Part shown: one piece after another, positions 11,501 to 24,859 of the stretch | How positions within the stretch are numbered: position 1 is the first letter of the stretch | Layout: each line of letters starts with the position of its first letter | Origin: Bigelowiella natans CCMP2755 | Lineage: Eukaryota > Protista > Cercozoa | Direction: 5' to 3' | DNA length: 64,000 bases | NCBI GenBank assembly: GCA_000320545.1 | Contig: ADNK01000156.1 | Coordinates: forward strand, 48,978 to 112,977 | Notes under the pieces: model-generated | Told to the model about the DNA's origin: nothing | What the model saw: the letters and a program-made list of their open reading frames with translations, nothing else | Databases searched by the model: none | Translations under genes and position numbers: made by a program

Positions 11501-14500
11501 GAATCGAGATTTCGGCAACAAACGGTTGCCACTATTTTTTTGATTCAAGACTTAAAAATTTAAATGTCACTTTTGTATTTTTAAATAATTTTCAGGAATG
11601 GACGACCGGGTGATTACAGCATACACTCCGATTTAGTTATGATACGGATAATAAATGTACACTACTTACACTTTGAAAGAAGGATCACAGCGAACCCTCA
11701 GCACCTAGTCGTCCCAGCACGTCAGTTCCGACTAATCGGCAGATCTCAGAAGCGGTTTTATCTTAAATCAACATAAAGAAGCTAAATTCAAAACCAATGT
11801 TCCTTACATTCAGAAGACTTTCCGATTTTGCTTCGCATCTGAAGATGATTTCAGTAGCTTTCTACGGTGAGTAAATAAAATTCGTCCATTCGAGATTTAT
11901 TACTATACTAAATGCTTGGTTCAGGCTATTTGACTGGTTTACGCACGTTGAGCCATCGAGATTCGTATTTGAGAGCTTGTTATTACGGATCCGACTCTCA
12001 CAAAGCTATTCAGTCTTGGATATGACACCGTCTCCTGTATCTAAAGGTCGTCTATGTATGACGGAAATTTTTGAAGTCATGTATGAAGCAATGCTGAGAG
12101 ATATGGCCATGTTCTCCGCATCTATTGAGTCCCGATCCCGAAGTCCCAGGAGTAGATCCTCAGCCCCAACAAGGGCCAACAACGACAAGAAAAGAGTGCG
12201 CAGGACTGAAAGTGGGAAAAGAGCCCAAGTCATTGAAAATATACACATAAATAAGTTGTATCGTACAAGAAATTTTAACCAGAATAACAACGAGGAGGAG
12301 GAGTGTGATAGAGCTAGGCTGCTGCTGCAGCTTCTTACTCGCGGTTGTGTCAAAAGAGGGTCAAATTATCTTTCTGTCGAAATGAGATGAATTAGTAATT
12401 TTTTTAAATAATATATCCAGGGATATCGTACGCGATGACCCTCTAGAGTAAGGATTTTACGTATAAAATAACGATTATCCAAAACATTTCGCACGATCAG
12501 GCACCGAGTAAATGTCGACGTAGAAGAGGGAATCGATACTCGATCCAGCATGTAATTCTTGATGAGTTTAATGCGATCCAGAAGTGTTCATCTCAGCAGA
12601 TTTATTGTAGTAGATGCTTGTGTCGAAGCGGGAAATGTTTACTGTATGCATGCCGCTTGGTAAGAGTACAAACCATCTTTTAGAATAGATTCAGAATGCA
12701 TCTTTTAACAGATAAGAACTTTTGGATCTTCCATATTTAATATCCTTCATGACACTTCGAAGTCCAGAAGTCTGAGGCTATGGTTCTCTTTAGAAACAGT
12801 CATGATCCCATTGTAATGCTTTAGTTCATCAATTTTCAATAAATTTTTGTTGTACAGGTGTATGAAGATAGCTTGGGCTCTTTCTTCGTATAACCTTTCT
12901 ACTTCTGAGTGCAAATGTCACACTCACTTAACTGCAAGGCCCTCCCCTGCATGTGAGAGTGATTCAATATCGATGCAGTCGAAACTATCTGGTACCATAA
13001 CTATTTTTCAAGTTATCGAAGTTGAACAATCACCACACTGTTTTTCCACGGAAAATCAGAAACCAAATCGTCCATCTATCTGAGACAAGAGCAAGAGGGA
13101 TTTGAACAACAAGTTTGTGGACATATTCTCAGTTTTTAAAACAATTTTAAATTAAGATTTTAGTAAATGTTGTATTATTCGATAAGGTTGAGAAGATGGC
13201 AAGAGATCCTGGTATAAGGAAGCAGATGCTTGACGTGGTACAGATGACTCTGTTCTGCAAACAGTGATTTAATTCTCATGCGTTCAGTTGTTGCTTGTAG
13301 ATGTTTGAAATAATGATACTCGGGCATAAAATGTCACTTCATAATTCGAGTGCCGAGGTAGCGATAATTTAATCCTATTCGTCATCATTTCGAAAATAAA
13401 AGTTATTGCTACAGATAGGGCAATTTCATCCAGATGTCGCATGCCCAAGCATGCTACCTGTTCTGCTTGCTACTCTCTCAAGGGTTTCTAGAAGCTTGCA
13501 AGCTGTATACCTGGGCAAACTTCTTATGTTGATAAAAACCTCGAGGAACCGGACGAAAGTAGATTCACTGTGTCTTCTGTATAACGATATATAACTCTAT
13601 TAAATGTGTTATTAGCTCTTTCTTGAGCAGTACTGTTGGCAAAATTGGTTGTTCCCTCTGATGCTTAATGCAATGCCCACACACTGCATTGATGATTCAA
13701 GTGAAGACAAAGTTAAGCAAATATCATTCGAACTTATTTGTAAAAATCATGCAAGAGATACTACCCCATTTACTTAGGATAACAGCGAAAAACCAAGACC
13801 AGAGCAAGTAAGAGCAGAAATTCCAGAAGACAAAAACAAATTAGTGTTGAGGAAAGTACCGAGAAGCAGCAGAGTACAGCAAGGAAAAGTGGCACCAATA
13901 TTTGCTTCAACTAGAGCAGCATCCGCAAAAAGGAACAAGAAGGGCTTGGCAGAATACGAGCGATGTCTAAAGCTCGTAGTATCAATTCTTGCCCACGTCC
14001 ATGCCTATGAAATCGTACGCATAACTATAACCCTTGTTTTGTTCAAACTAATGTTACGGTATGAGCTATTCTCGCCAGGTAAATTTCACTGATCCGACAT
14101 CTTGTCCCTCATCTCCTGAGCTACCGCCAATGAAGATAAAGAAGAAAAGTACATCATCCCAAGGTGATACTCGTGCATCTTGTATGTAATCATATATCCT
14201 GACGTGTGATGAACCACTTATTTTTATTCAAAATCTTCGGAAGAAATCCATTTAGCAACAAAGTAACTTGAGTGTTCATACACTAGTAAATCGTTGCGTT
14301 TTTGGTCCCTATGTTTTGATGCTCTCTGATTAAATTTACAAGGAGATAACGTAAGCCATCTGCTCGGACTTGAAGTTACACGAACAATGTTGCTGTTCCG
14401 CCAGTATCTTCCATGGTAAATATCTATCAGCCCACAAATCTCCATTGAATCAATCTCTTCGGTAAATCCTCCCAGGACTGAAGCAACGCGGTCTGTGTTT

Positions 14501-16040
14501 TCAATGGTGAGAGGGATATTTAAGTTGTTCAAACTAACAATTGACATCAAATTGCACGCAGATACTGGCATCAACGGCATTGATGATTAAAAATCTCGAA
14601 CCTGTCATAAAGAAAGAGAGATTTCTCGCTGTTGAGCAGAAAAAAGGTGCGGGAAAAATTGTCGTAGATCGTCACTTTTGTACTTTGCATTGTTGGTACT
14701 AGTTATTAAGAATGCAGAAAAGCAATAACAATTGAATGACCACAGGCAAAGGAGGTATCTTCGGATGGCTTGGAAGCAGCAACAAACAGCATATTCCCAC
14801 TGCAACAAAAGATATCCTTCATTTTATGGTGAAGATCTTCACACGCTTGAAACTTTATGAAATTTGAGACTAAAGTTAATGTGTTAAACGCAGATCTTGG
14901 TTGGGATGTTTGTATTTGAGTTTCAAGTGAAAAAAGATAATGCTCAGATCCATGCTCAAGAACTTATATTTTATAATGGATATCAAGTATGTTCTTACTT
15001 ATTGTTCAGAGAATACATAATGAATCGCCGCGGGTAGGTTGATTCTGAAGGAAAGTCCATCGATATCGGGCTCATTGAAGCAACTGTGGAGGCATGAATA
15101 TTTTTCAATATCCATAAGATGCACATTTCAGAATAAAAAAATAAATCAGGCTGGAAGGATTCTTAGAATGGATCACAAGACAGAGAAAAAAAATCGGAGA
15201 AAAAGAAAAGGATGGCCTTCTAAATCATTCATCATACAAAATGTATCCTTCGTCATCGAGGTAATAAATAATCTACTGTATTAATTGTAGACTTACATTT
15301 TCGAATATTTTGAATATTAATTTTGACCGATATCATGTAACTGTTGGCTCGTCGTCCAGATATTGACTGAGTTGGCTAACGAACTGAAGAACTTAGCTTT
15401 GCCAGGGGCTCGGAACAAACTTAATGTAAGCAGTAACAGCTTTCATCAGTTGTAATAACTTCCACCTGTGCGGCCAATGTTGAAAAAAAAAATCTACAAT
15501 ATTTACTAGGAGCTACGAGATAAATGGTATGCAAACCCCTTCATCGTCGAATACAGTTCCTTGTTTCGCACAGCCACTCCCCGACACAAGATAAGTTCAC
15601 CGACAAGATTTATTAGGAGATCGAGGCATCACAGCGATCAGCCTTCAGAAACTGAACGAAAAACCTCGAAGCGTTTTTTTCGAGCAAGCAAGCTTAGCAA
15701 AACTCCAAAGCATTCTTCAACGGTAAAGCCATTAGACTGGCGATTTTTACCTAGAAAACAACGCGAACACGTTTGCACAAGCTGTGTTTTGCTCGTTAAT
15801 GAACATGAACGTCAAAATTCTTCTAGCATGGATAGAAAAGAAAATCTATTAGCCGATTTAATCGGACCGAAAGGAGAGGAGATCGCAACAGACTTCATTC
15901 AACTAGAAATTCGAAGTGCATTTGAACGCGATCGATTAAAAAACATGGTATCAAATAAGCTAAAAAATTCATCAACAAGAAATTCTGCTCAATCTAGCCA
16001 ATTTCAACGACGCAGTAGAAGAAGTAGTGTGCCCTGGTAG
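8551..16040 (+). CDS. Large hypothetical protein with dozens of short introns; one segment resembles the neurobeachin/LRBA alpha-solenoid region
   Basis: A chain of GT..AG introns of about 30-75 nt joins mostly open exons, e.g. NQQVSNSRNEWESSLLDVLFES, KTFRFCFASEDDFSSFLRLFDWF, KTSRNRTK|LFLEQYCWQNWLFPL and LVVSILAHVHAYEI. The terminal exon lies in ORF 15561-16040. Not every junction was resolved, so this could be two genes. Confidence 0.55.
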
Positions 16041-16099
16041 CATTTAATTTAGTTTAAATCATACAAGAAAGTGATGTAGGTGATGTTATTTTAACAAAT

Positions 16100-16430
16100 C
16101 GCATTCATCCTGTGAGCATGTAGACACATCAATCAGACATGCTAGCATGCAGCTAAGGTAGCTAGAGATTGTGAAGGAACATCTAGACATCTCTAGCTAG
16201 CTCAGCTAGCCATGCTAGCATGCTAGCATGCGCGCTTGCATCTACTAGATCATTCCGACGCGTCGAACTAGCTAAATTGCTGCTAGCTAGCTAGTCAGTA
16301 CTAGCTAGCTAGAGTAGTCTAGTAGTCGTGGTAGTCTGTAGTGCTAGAGTGTGTTAGCTAGCTAGCTAGTGTGATGTGCATGTGCATGTGTGTGTGTGTG
16401 TGTGTGATGTGTGTGTGCATGCTGCATGTG

Positions 16431-16467
<37 letters not shown>

Positions 16468-16930
16468 AACTAGCTAGCTAGACTACTAGGATGTCGCAGA
16501 TTGATGATCCGTGCTAGCGTGCTGCTAGCTAGCTAGCTAGCTAGCTAGCGTGGATCGGACTCTGAGTCTAGCTAGCTAGTTGTGCTCTAGCTAGCTGGTG
16601 CTGACTAGCTGAGCTAGCTAGCTAGTTAGTGAGGGACACAGTTCTAGAGTCAGATGGCTGATAGCCATGCCAGCATGCTAGCAAGCTAGCTAGCTAGCTA
16701 GAGCATGCTAGCATGCTAGCATGGACAGCTGAACTGTGGCCATCTAGCTGTTCTTGTTTGCTGTGCACAGCAGATGCGCGTCTGACTCAGCTCACATAGT
16801 GCATGCTAGCATCCTACATGGCTTGATGGTGACAGATGTGTGATGTAGATCATGATCTGCTTGTCGAAAAACAATGTCTACATCTCCCTGCAACATCACG
16901 CCACACATTTCTTGATGCTCAACATGTGCT
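16100..16930. repeat. Low-complexity convergent spacer built from (CTAG)n, GCATGC and (TG)n
   Basis: Repeated gctagctagc, catgctagcatg and tgtgcatgtg between the stop at 16040 (+) and the stop at 16987 (-). Confidence 0.85.
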
Positions 16931-16986
16931 TGATTGAGTATAAATATTGCTGTTCATGCAGTCTTCAAACGAATAATTTATGTACA

Positions 16987-19900
16987 TCACACGGATACAA
17001 TGGCTTGTGATTTGTCTTTCTTTCCAAACATTATCTCCTTCACCTCTCGTAACCCGCTCGAGGTTGTAAGTAAGACCATTCCTCCAAAAAATAACATATT
17101 AATCAGAAATACCAGAATACTGGACGCCATTGAGGTGCTGCCATCTGAAAATGAAAGAAACGCTCCCAAATAATAGGTGAACAAGGAAGTCGTTAGTGAT
17201 GCACTCTCGGCCATATTTGCAATTGGGTTACTGTAGACTTTTAAGATGATCTGCGCCTGATGTGAACATGAATAAAATAAGAAAACATTTGTTTGTATTT
17301 GGGCTAATCTTCAAAGTTTCAAACTTACCCCTAGAGATAAAATTACGACCAATACTGCCAAGAGAGCTTGTGAAGTAACGTTTTGTACAAATATCGCAAT
17401 AATTACAATTAGAACCTGTACAGCAAGTTAAAATTCCGCTCTTACTTCATATGGATGTGCTCTAAGTTTATTATAGCAACTTACCTTTCTCAACATTAAT
17501 GTCAGCTCCCAGTAAAAATAATCTTTTTTGAATCCCTTGAAGAATATGTAGATCGGTAATATTTTCAAGGCGTTCTCGGTCTGAAACAATGAGTAGAATC
17601 CCATCAGAACAGCATTAGCGTTGTAACTTTTTGCTACGAGATGGATGTATATGCCTACCTTTGTTTTTGATCGAATTAATCTCCTATTTGTGAAAAGTTC
17701 GTATATGCAGAACAACGGAAAACCGATGACATAGACTATTAGCATCGGTAATCCAAGACCAAAAACATAGGCTCTATGAGGGTTCCCCAGGCATCTAAAA
17801 CATTCATGTGAATCTGAGTTGTGAGTACTTTATTTTAGATGTTATGTTAATTTTGATTTCACCGTTGTGACATGTCAACCAGAAGAACATTCGTGGTCTC
17901 CGATGAACCAAATTGCTCACAATGAAATATCTGCAATTTGGAGTATGTCATATCGAGATGAGAAGCAATTTAACATGTGGGAGCTTACCTCAAACGTTCT
18001 TAACACTAAAGTGGGATATAGAATGAAAAGGAGTATCAGCACCAGTGTATACACTCTTACAGAAGCTTTCTGAAGACAAAAGAGTTTCAACAATTGTGGA
18101 GGAAACAAAGATCAATACAGTAATTACGGTGCTTGCAGAGGGGTTTTGTACGTCGTTCTGACAGGAAATTTTACACAATGAGTAAAATAATACGTTTAGA
18201 GCCCACACTATTGTGAAATGTTTAGTTTTTTACCATTGTTGGAGCATATGTTCTGATGCTTTGGACATCTAAAACCAGAAACTCAGAACTCTTTTCCTTT
18301 TTACATTTTGGTTGTTTCCATCCAATCACCTGTTGCCCCTCGAGATCGCATGGAATCCACAGTCTTTGAATCGTCGACTTTTGGAACATCTTTAAGTTGA
18401 AAGAAAGTGATTCTGTTTGCTCTCATATTTTTGAAGTGCCATTTTAGCTGATATTTACACCTGTTTCTAGCATGGAACGTGCAGGGGTTGCTGCGGATGA
18501 TTCTGCGTGAGTTCCTATCATAGATGAAACACGTGCTGACACGTTTCGGTTGTTACGACGGCGTTGTGGCCGGAAGTCCTTTTGAGAGAGGTTATTTCTT
18601 GATAACTTCATATCTTGTACCGCTTGTGATCCTTGTTCTACTACTGGGCTAGCATCACTACTCGTAGATTTATTCTGTTCCCGACTTTTGATGCAAGCCA
18701 GAATTCCAAACGCACAAGCGATGACAATTATGGGTACGCAAGCCAGGATTATTGTATTAACGTAAAATGGACGTGGAAAAGTAGAAGATGCAATGCAATC
18801 AATTCTCAGCAGATACGTCAGCGATGTTCCAAAGAACTCGTAAGCTGCGAGCATATTAGTCACAAATACTGGCCACTCGTAGTCAAAGGTAAGTGCCAAA
18901 GAGTTTACCTACAAACCGAAAATAAGAAGAAATCATTTTTCTGGATTCAGTCACAGAATATATCAAGCTACCTGAGCTGCTGAAATAAAAATCTTAACCA
19001 ATGTGGAAGTGAGATCTTCATCCTCATCTTCTATTCCAAACTCTACTGTCTTTAAGATGAAGAAACTCAAAGCAAGCGCTATGAATGCTACAATTAACCA
19101 GGCACCAATAAGTTGGAAGATTACAAGCCCTCTCCCACTGCATTGCTCGCAATTGAAACGTCTAGACCTAACCCATCCATCGGAGCAAATGGTGCACAAG
19201 AAGCCTTCATATCCTTCATCGCATCTACTTCGTTCGCCAGGACATGCATTGTTTAGACATTTAAGAGCTTCTGGAGCCAAGTTATCATCAAAGGTAAGCC
19301 AATACCCCTCTGCTGGTTGCACCGAAGCATCTGTAACATTTAGCATAGAGCATTGAAGCCCATCTCTGCAAGGCTGGCACGCGTCATCTTCGCTAGGCAG
19401 AGTAAGTTTTGTACTCAGTGCTGCGCTTGCCGGAATGAGAAGCTCCTCTCTAGCAAAGAAACCGATATCACAGGTGCATCCGGTAAGGTTTGAATTTTCT
19501 GCGACAGAATTTGGTGGACAGGCTAAACACGCCGTACTGTCGTTATTTGGGATTTGATTTGCTCCACAAAAGCTGCATTCATCAGCTCCTCGAGAGGTGG
19601 AAACTGCAGAAGCCTCTGGCCACAATGCACAGTCGATGCACGCGTCTAGCCCCTCAACCGGTGCATAACTCCCGAGAGGACACGGTATGCAAGTAGTTCT
19701 ATTGAATCGAAATTCTCCCGCAGGGCAAGTAATTGTATCGCTAATAACAAAAAGAGAATCTGCACTATCAATCAAGGCAATGTTAGTTGTATTCTCGACT
19801 GTGAAGTCCAGAGCCAGTACTCGAGGGAAAAAAAATCGATCGTTAAGTCTCCCACGATTCCCTATAATTGAAGAAGCGTCTCCAGCAGCAGAAATTAAGC

Positions 19901-22900
19901 TGCGTCTTCCAAGATCTACAGTTCGGATTGCATCGTCATTCTAAATGTATTTCAGCTTTAGTTGGATTTACAGTTTTTAGGAAACGTTTCGTCAGAACCT
20001 GGCTCGTAACGTAGAATACGGGTGGAAATTTCCTAGTGTCGACTACCATGTCCAGAATGACGCCAGAGAACTGTGGGGTCGTGCTGCCTCCGAAATTTCC
20101 TTCGATGGTATTAAATAATTGCCTGGTTCTTCCTTCCGCTCCCACTACAGTTGTAACCTAAGAAAGTTATCATCTGAACGATGAAGTACTGATATCTCGA
20201 TAATGGCCAAAATTACGATGTTGCTCCGTAAATTTACAGCGCGAATACTACGGCCTGCAACGAATAGATATTCGAAGTCGGGCTTGATGTATGCTTCCAA
20301 CGCACTTGAAGGAGCCATGTCTATAATATGTCCGTGATAATTTAGGTACCGCTTCCAATTACAAACAAATGTGTAATACCAAAGATTGCATTGCTGAATG
20401 GGCCATCCCTTATATCACCACCCCGAAAGGACGGTACGACCGGGAAGTCGAAGATTTTCGTATTTACGTTCGTCGTTGTGTTGTGAACATACAAAGGAGT
20501 GAAGGCTATCCCACCTCCTTTGGAGTACAATGCGTCTTGGTGCACAGCCAGATTGGTTGGATTCTCGGGACCTACATTTATGCTGGTGACATCATCTCTC
20601 GAAATGTCAATCTTCCTAACACCGGTGGCTTCTAGGACGTAAAGAATTGGTTGAAGAGAGTCTAAATGTCGAACTAAAGCAATTTCATTTAAACTGCTAC
20701 TAAATTGAGCAATTGACAAGGATCCATCAACGTCAGAGAAAGAAGAATCTGTCCCAGCTACGACAACTGTTTCTCCGCTATTGTTAAAATCAATTCTTTG
20801 CACTTGGAAAACCTGGAAACAAACGTATGTTCATCAATATGTATACCATTTTCAAGCAAATTTACGAGAAAGAATACATTTGTCTCATTTAGTCGCGCCA
20901 CAGTGTATGCAACTTTGGCCTGGTTGTCAAATTTTAAGTCTTGAATCAAAGCTGACTGGGTCTGGTTACTAGATGTCGAAGAATCTTTATCACATTTGTG
21001 GAATGATATAATGATACCAAACTTGGAACGTACACATTCACAGCTTGAGACTGGAACATTCTCCTCGTTGTCGAAAATCGTGATTCCAAAGTCAATGGTT
21101 CGGTTTCTGGTACCCAAAAATGTATGAAATTAACGTGTGGGATATAGATGTTTATTCGTGTACCACGTGCTAGGATGATGCTACATTTCAAAACATCATC
21201 ATACCTAACTCTTCATTGCTCCTTGTAATGAACCCCCCGACACCTATACTACCACCAAATAGTGATGTACGCACCTGTGATGCATTCAAACATGCATTAA
21301 TGGTGCAAAATATGACAAAGTGTTTTGCTAATGAACTTAAGCCGTTGTTAAATACCTGCTCAAATGATGCGTATATATTTAGCAACGCTCGATTTCCTCG
21401 AGGTATCTGAGACTTTGTCAATGCAAGGCTCTGAGGTCTCACTTGCACTCCTTCAAAATTCACCGTTGCCGCTGTAAGTAACCTTCCTGGGTTTTCTGCA
21501 GAATGCCAGCTCATGATTTGTGCTATGGACGATGACTCATTCTTTTCAAAACCAAAACAAAAATTAAAATAGTAAAAAATAAATTACCTACTATATAAAT
21601 AATAAATTTTTATAAGAACCTGTGCAAGAACGTAGAAAAGGTTTGTTCCTCGAGGATCACGTACGATTCCGAATAGCACTCCGATATCCAGACTATCAGA
21701 GACAGTAAATACGGTTTCAATTTCTCCACTTGTTATGTCTAATCTTCGAATTGAATTCTGCGCGGAATCGACAGCGTAGAGAAGCCCTCGCTCATCATCA
21801 ACATCCACAGCCAGGGAGGCTGTTGTCGCCTATAAGTTGAATACCATCACATTTTACAATACTTCTTTTGAATTGACAGGAAACTTTCCCACCTGTAAGA
21901 ATTGAGAGGCTAATTCGATTACTTCCATAGAAGTCAGATTGAGAGCGAATACTGAGTAGGTTGCCTCAGAAAGTATACTGTTCTGAGATAACACACAGCA
22001 ATTATGGGTATGCGAATCATGCAGTCGCTGAATTTTAGTGCTCCAGCTTTTAGTAAAAGACTCACTCTAGCAAGAAAGAGGAGAGCCTCCGGAGGGGATC
22101 TGTTTGAAGAAGGATAGACGACGAGACCAGTTGCTCCCCCCCCTGCATTTGGAACGCTAGAGACCAGAGTAGAAACAGATCCTGTCGTGAAGTCGAGCTT
22201 TCGAATCTTAGCCTTGAAAACCGATATTATAAGTCGTGAATTTGAGTTGGAATTTGTGTATAGCACCGATCTTATTATAGCTATACTCTGTGTTAGGTTA
22301 TATTCTGTGTTAGGTACTGCGTACAAATTGAATCGCAAGGGAAGGTGACCCCAGGAAGAGGCTGTTTACGTCGTCCGTAAAATACATGTCACCCAATCCG
22401 TCAAAAGCAATACTATAGGGAAATCGAGTTGTAGCTGAAGCCACGTCTCCATCTATGAAGGCATTATTTGGGTCGTTACTAATCACTGTCTTTATGGTTC
22501 CATCAACGGGATTATATTCCCTTATTTGTCCATCCCCCTGCCAACAAAACAGTTTGTGGTAAGTAACGAACCATGCAATCACCGGAAAAAGCATCATTTT
22601 GCACTACCCATGTAGAGAAAATGTGTTGACTGGTTGGACGGACAGCAATGTCAAAGGGGCTGGTGGACACCAAACTTGCTGACCTGGGAGAAGCACAGGT
22701 AAAGATCTAAATAGACGGTGTGCGAGATTGTATATCTTCTATGAGCCTACGTTACCTCGACACCGGGAGAATATTATCTCTGTCACTGCCAATGATAATT
22801 TCAATGTCAAACGCATTTTCTCTCCGAAGCGTCGGAGACAACGTTGGCGCGGAAGTCACCGGTGTCATAGTCGGAACGGCTGATGTTGGGCTCATAGTGG

Positions 22901-24266
22901 CTGGCGACGATGAAAAGGAGGGCCCATTAAAGATAAAGAACGGAGAAGGCGGAATCGGTCGGTCAAAACCCATCGGCGGTGGCTCCTCCGTGGGACTCAC
23001 CGTTGGCGCAAAAGAAGCAGCTATGTTTTCAAAAAATCGAAACTGACTAGCCACATCGTTCGAGCTGCATTTAATCTCACGGAGCAAACATTCGTTTGCA
23101 ATCGAGTCAGATCGGAAAGAGATGCCGAGGCAACGGGGATCGTCATCGCATGATGTCTGGCACTCTCCAATTTCCAGTCCGAGTAACTGAGAGATGACGA
23201 AGCCTGTGCCCGACTGACAATCACCTTCTCTCTGGATGTATTCTTCTGAATTCCTGTAGAATGTGTTACTTCCGGAAGGTTCCCCTTGTAAGCATATTCC
23301 TGATCGAGGCCTGCAAAACCCTCCATTCACCGTTGGATCGTGCGAAAATCCAAGGCAAGAGCTTCCTAGTCTCAAACAAAGATCTCCACATTGGTCCCGA
23401 CTGTAGCCGAGCTGCGAGGAGGGAGGCGAAAAATCTGCCACATTTGGGCAATCTCCATCGTAAGGTGCAAAATCATTTGGTATGTTCCTCAAGTAGAAAA
23501 CGAAGCCATTCGATAATTCCGGAAACGTAACTTCACAAGAGGAGAATTTGAGAATGCATGCGCCAGACACTTTGTTTACTGATATGCCGGCGCATGATGG
23601 ATTTTGGATGCATCGCGCCTGACATCTACCAACAACGTCTGCGCTTGTAAATTGGAAAAAACCACCCACAATGTCGTTGCCTGCGCAATCTCCAGAGCGT
23701 AACAAGAACATAGTTTTCTTGTAGAAAATGTCCGCAGCTGCTGGAAATTGTACAGCGGCACAACTTGCTGACTTCAAAATACATCTTGAACCTGCAATAA
23801 CTGGACCACCTTCTGCCGCGTATGAAACTCCCCGACATCCCGTTTCCTTATCACATCTACTCTGGCATTCTCCCAGGGAAATATTGAAAACGAAGGGCTC
23901 AATGTCATTTCCTACGCAATCTGCCCCTTTGCTTCGGTAAGTGGATTTATAGTAGAAAGAAAGAGTTGATCTACTCACAGAAGTAGGGTTGATGCATGCA
24001 CCAAGTCTTAATGTACACTCTTGACCAAGAAGGCCTGGGTCATAACTAAAGCCAGCGCAGTCAACGTTCTCGCTGCATCTGCTCTGGCATTCATCTAGCG
24101 CTAAATCAGTGAATATTCCCAGAATCGGTTCCGCAATGCAATCTAATCCCAGACCGTAACTTAAATATGTCACCGGATTGCCATCAATAATAGGTCCTTC
24201 CTGGGCACAGACTACAATTTGGTAGACACTGATAAGCAGAAATGGTGCGGCTGCTGTGATGCGCAT
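16987..24266 (-). CDS. Large cell-surface receptor-like protein: signal peptide, 5 PAN/Apple-like repeats, Pro/Thr linker, NHL-type beta-propeller repeats, Cys-rich GCC2/GCC3-like repeats, multi-pass TM C-terminus
   Basis: Leader MRITAAAPFLLISVYQIVVCAQ; five DC..NDI..ECQxRC..CxGxS..CxLK units; TPTSAPTLSP linker; FPYSIAFDGLGDMYFTD and SLAVDVDDERGLLYAVDS repeats; CPAGEF..CIPCPLGSY; TM segments such as LFILYPTL and GFKKDYFYWELTLMLRK; stop TGA at 16987. Confidence 0.78.
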
Positions 24267-24859
24267 GAGCCCCTCAAACTGGCTCGGATTGGTTTGTAGA
24301 AAAGAAGCAAGATCCCGAATGGTAAAAAGCAGCACAATAAAGGATGGGAATCTGTAGTCTTACCTGACGACAACATTAACAACATGTCGGTCACTTCAAA
24401 CTCCAATTCTCCCTGAGAATTATGAAAACTCTCACATACGACGACGGGTGTGCAGTAATTTTGGTTTCTTCGACGAACTGAAACTACAAGCTTTCGTCTT
24501 TCTGAGACGTGCTTTGAGTCGCAGAGGCACAAGAAATGCAAAAGATCCTCTAAACCCTCTAAAAAAGTCGCTGCTTGCCGGGGGAAAAAAAGAAAGTGGG
24601 TTTTGAGGTCTTGGAGATACTCCGGAGATCCCCTCATCAAACGAAATACGACAGCAGCAAAAAAACCGGCAAATAAAGGAAAAGCGGCAGTTGACGCTGA
24701 TGTGGATAATGAAGGGCGTTTTCAGTCTGGGTGTACCCTCATACCTCATACATTGGGCCTCGAAAACAAAATGATGGATCCAATGACTGGTCCATTTCTA
24801 ATTGCATTTGATATCGACGACAACAATATTTTGCAAGTCGCACGCGTAAAGTCCCCGTG

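Noticed and set aside
11950-14600. A stop-interrupted minus-strand frame that looked like a decayed non-LTR retrotransposon (e.g. SYRNISLNK, LEGHRVRYPW)
   Set aside because: The plus strand carries regular GT..AG introns joining open exons across the same interval. The RT-like words are scattered chance matches with no recognisable YADD motif.
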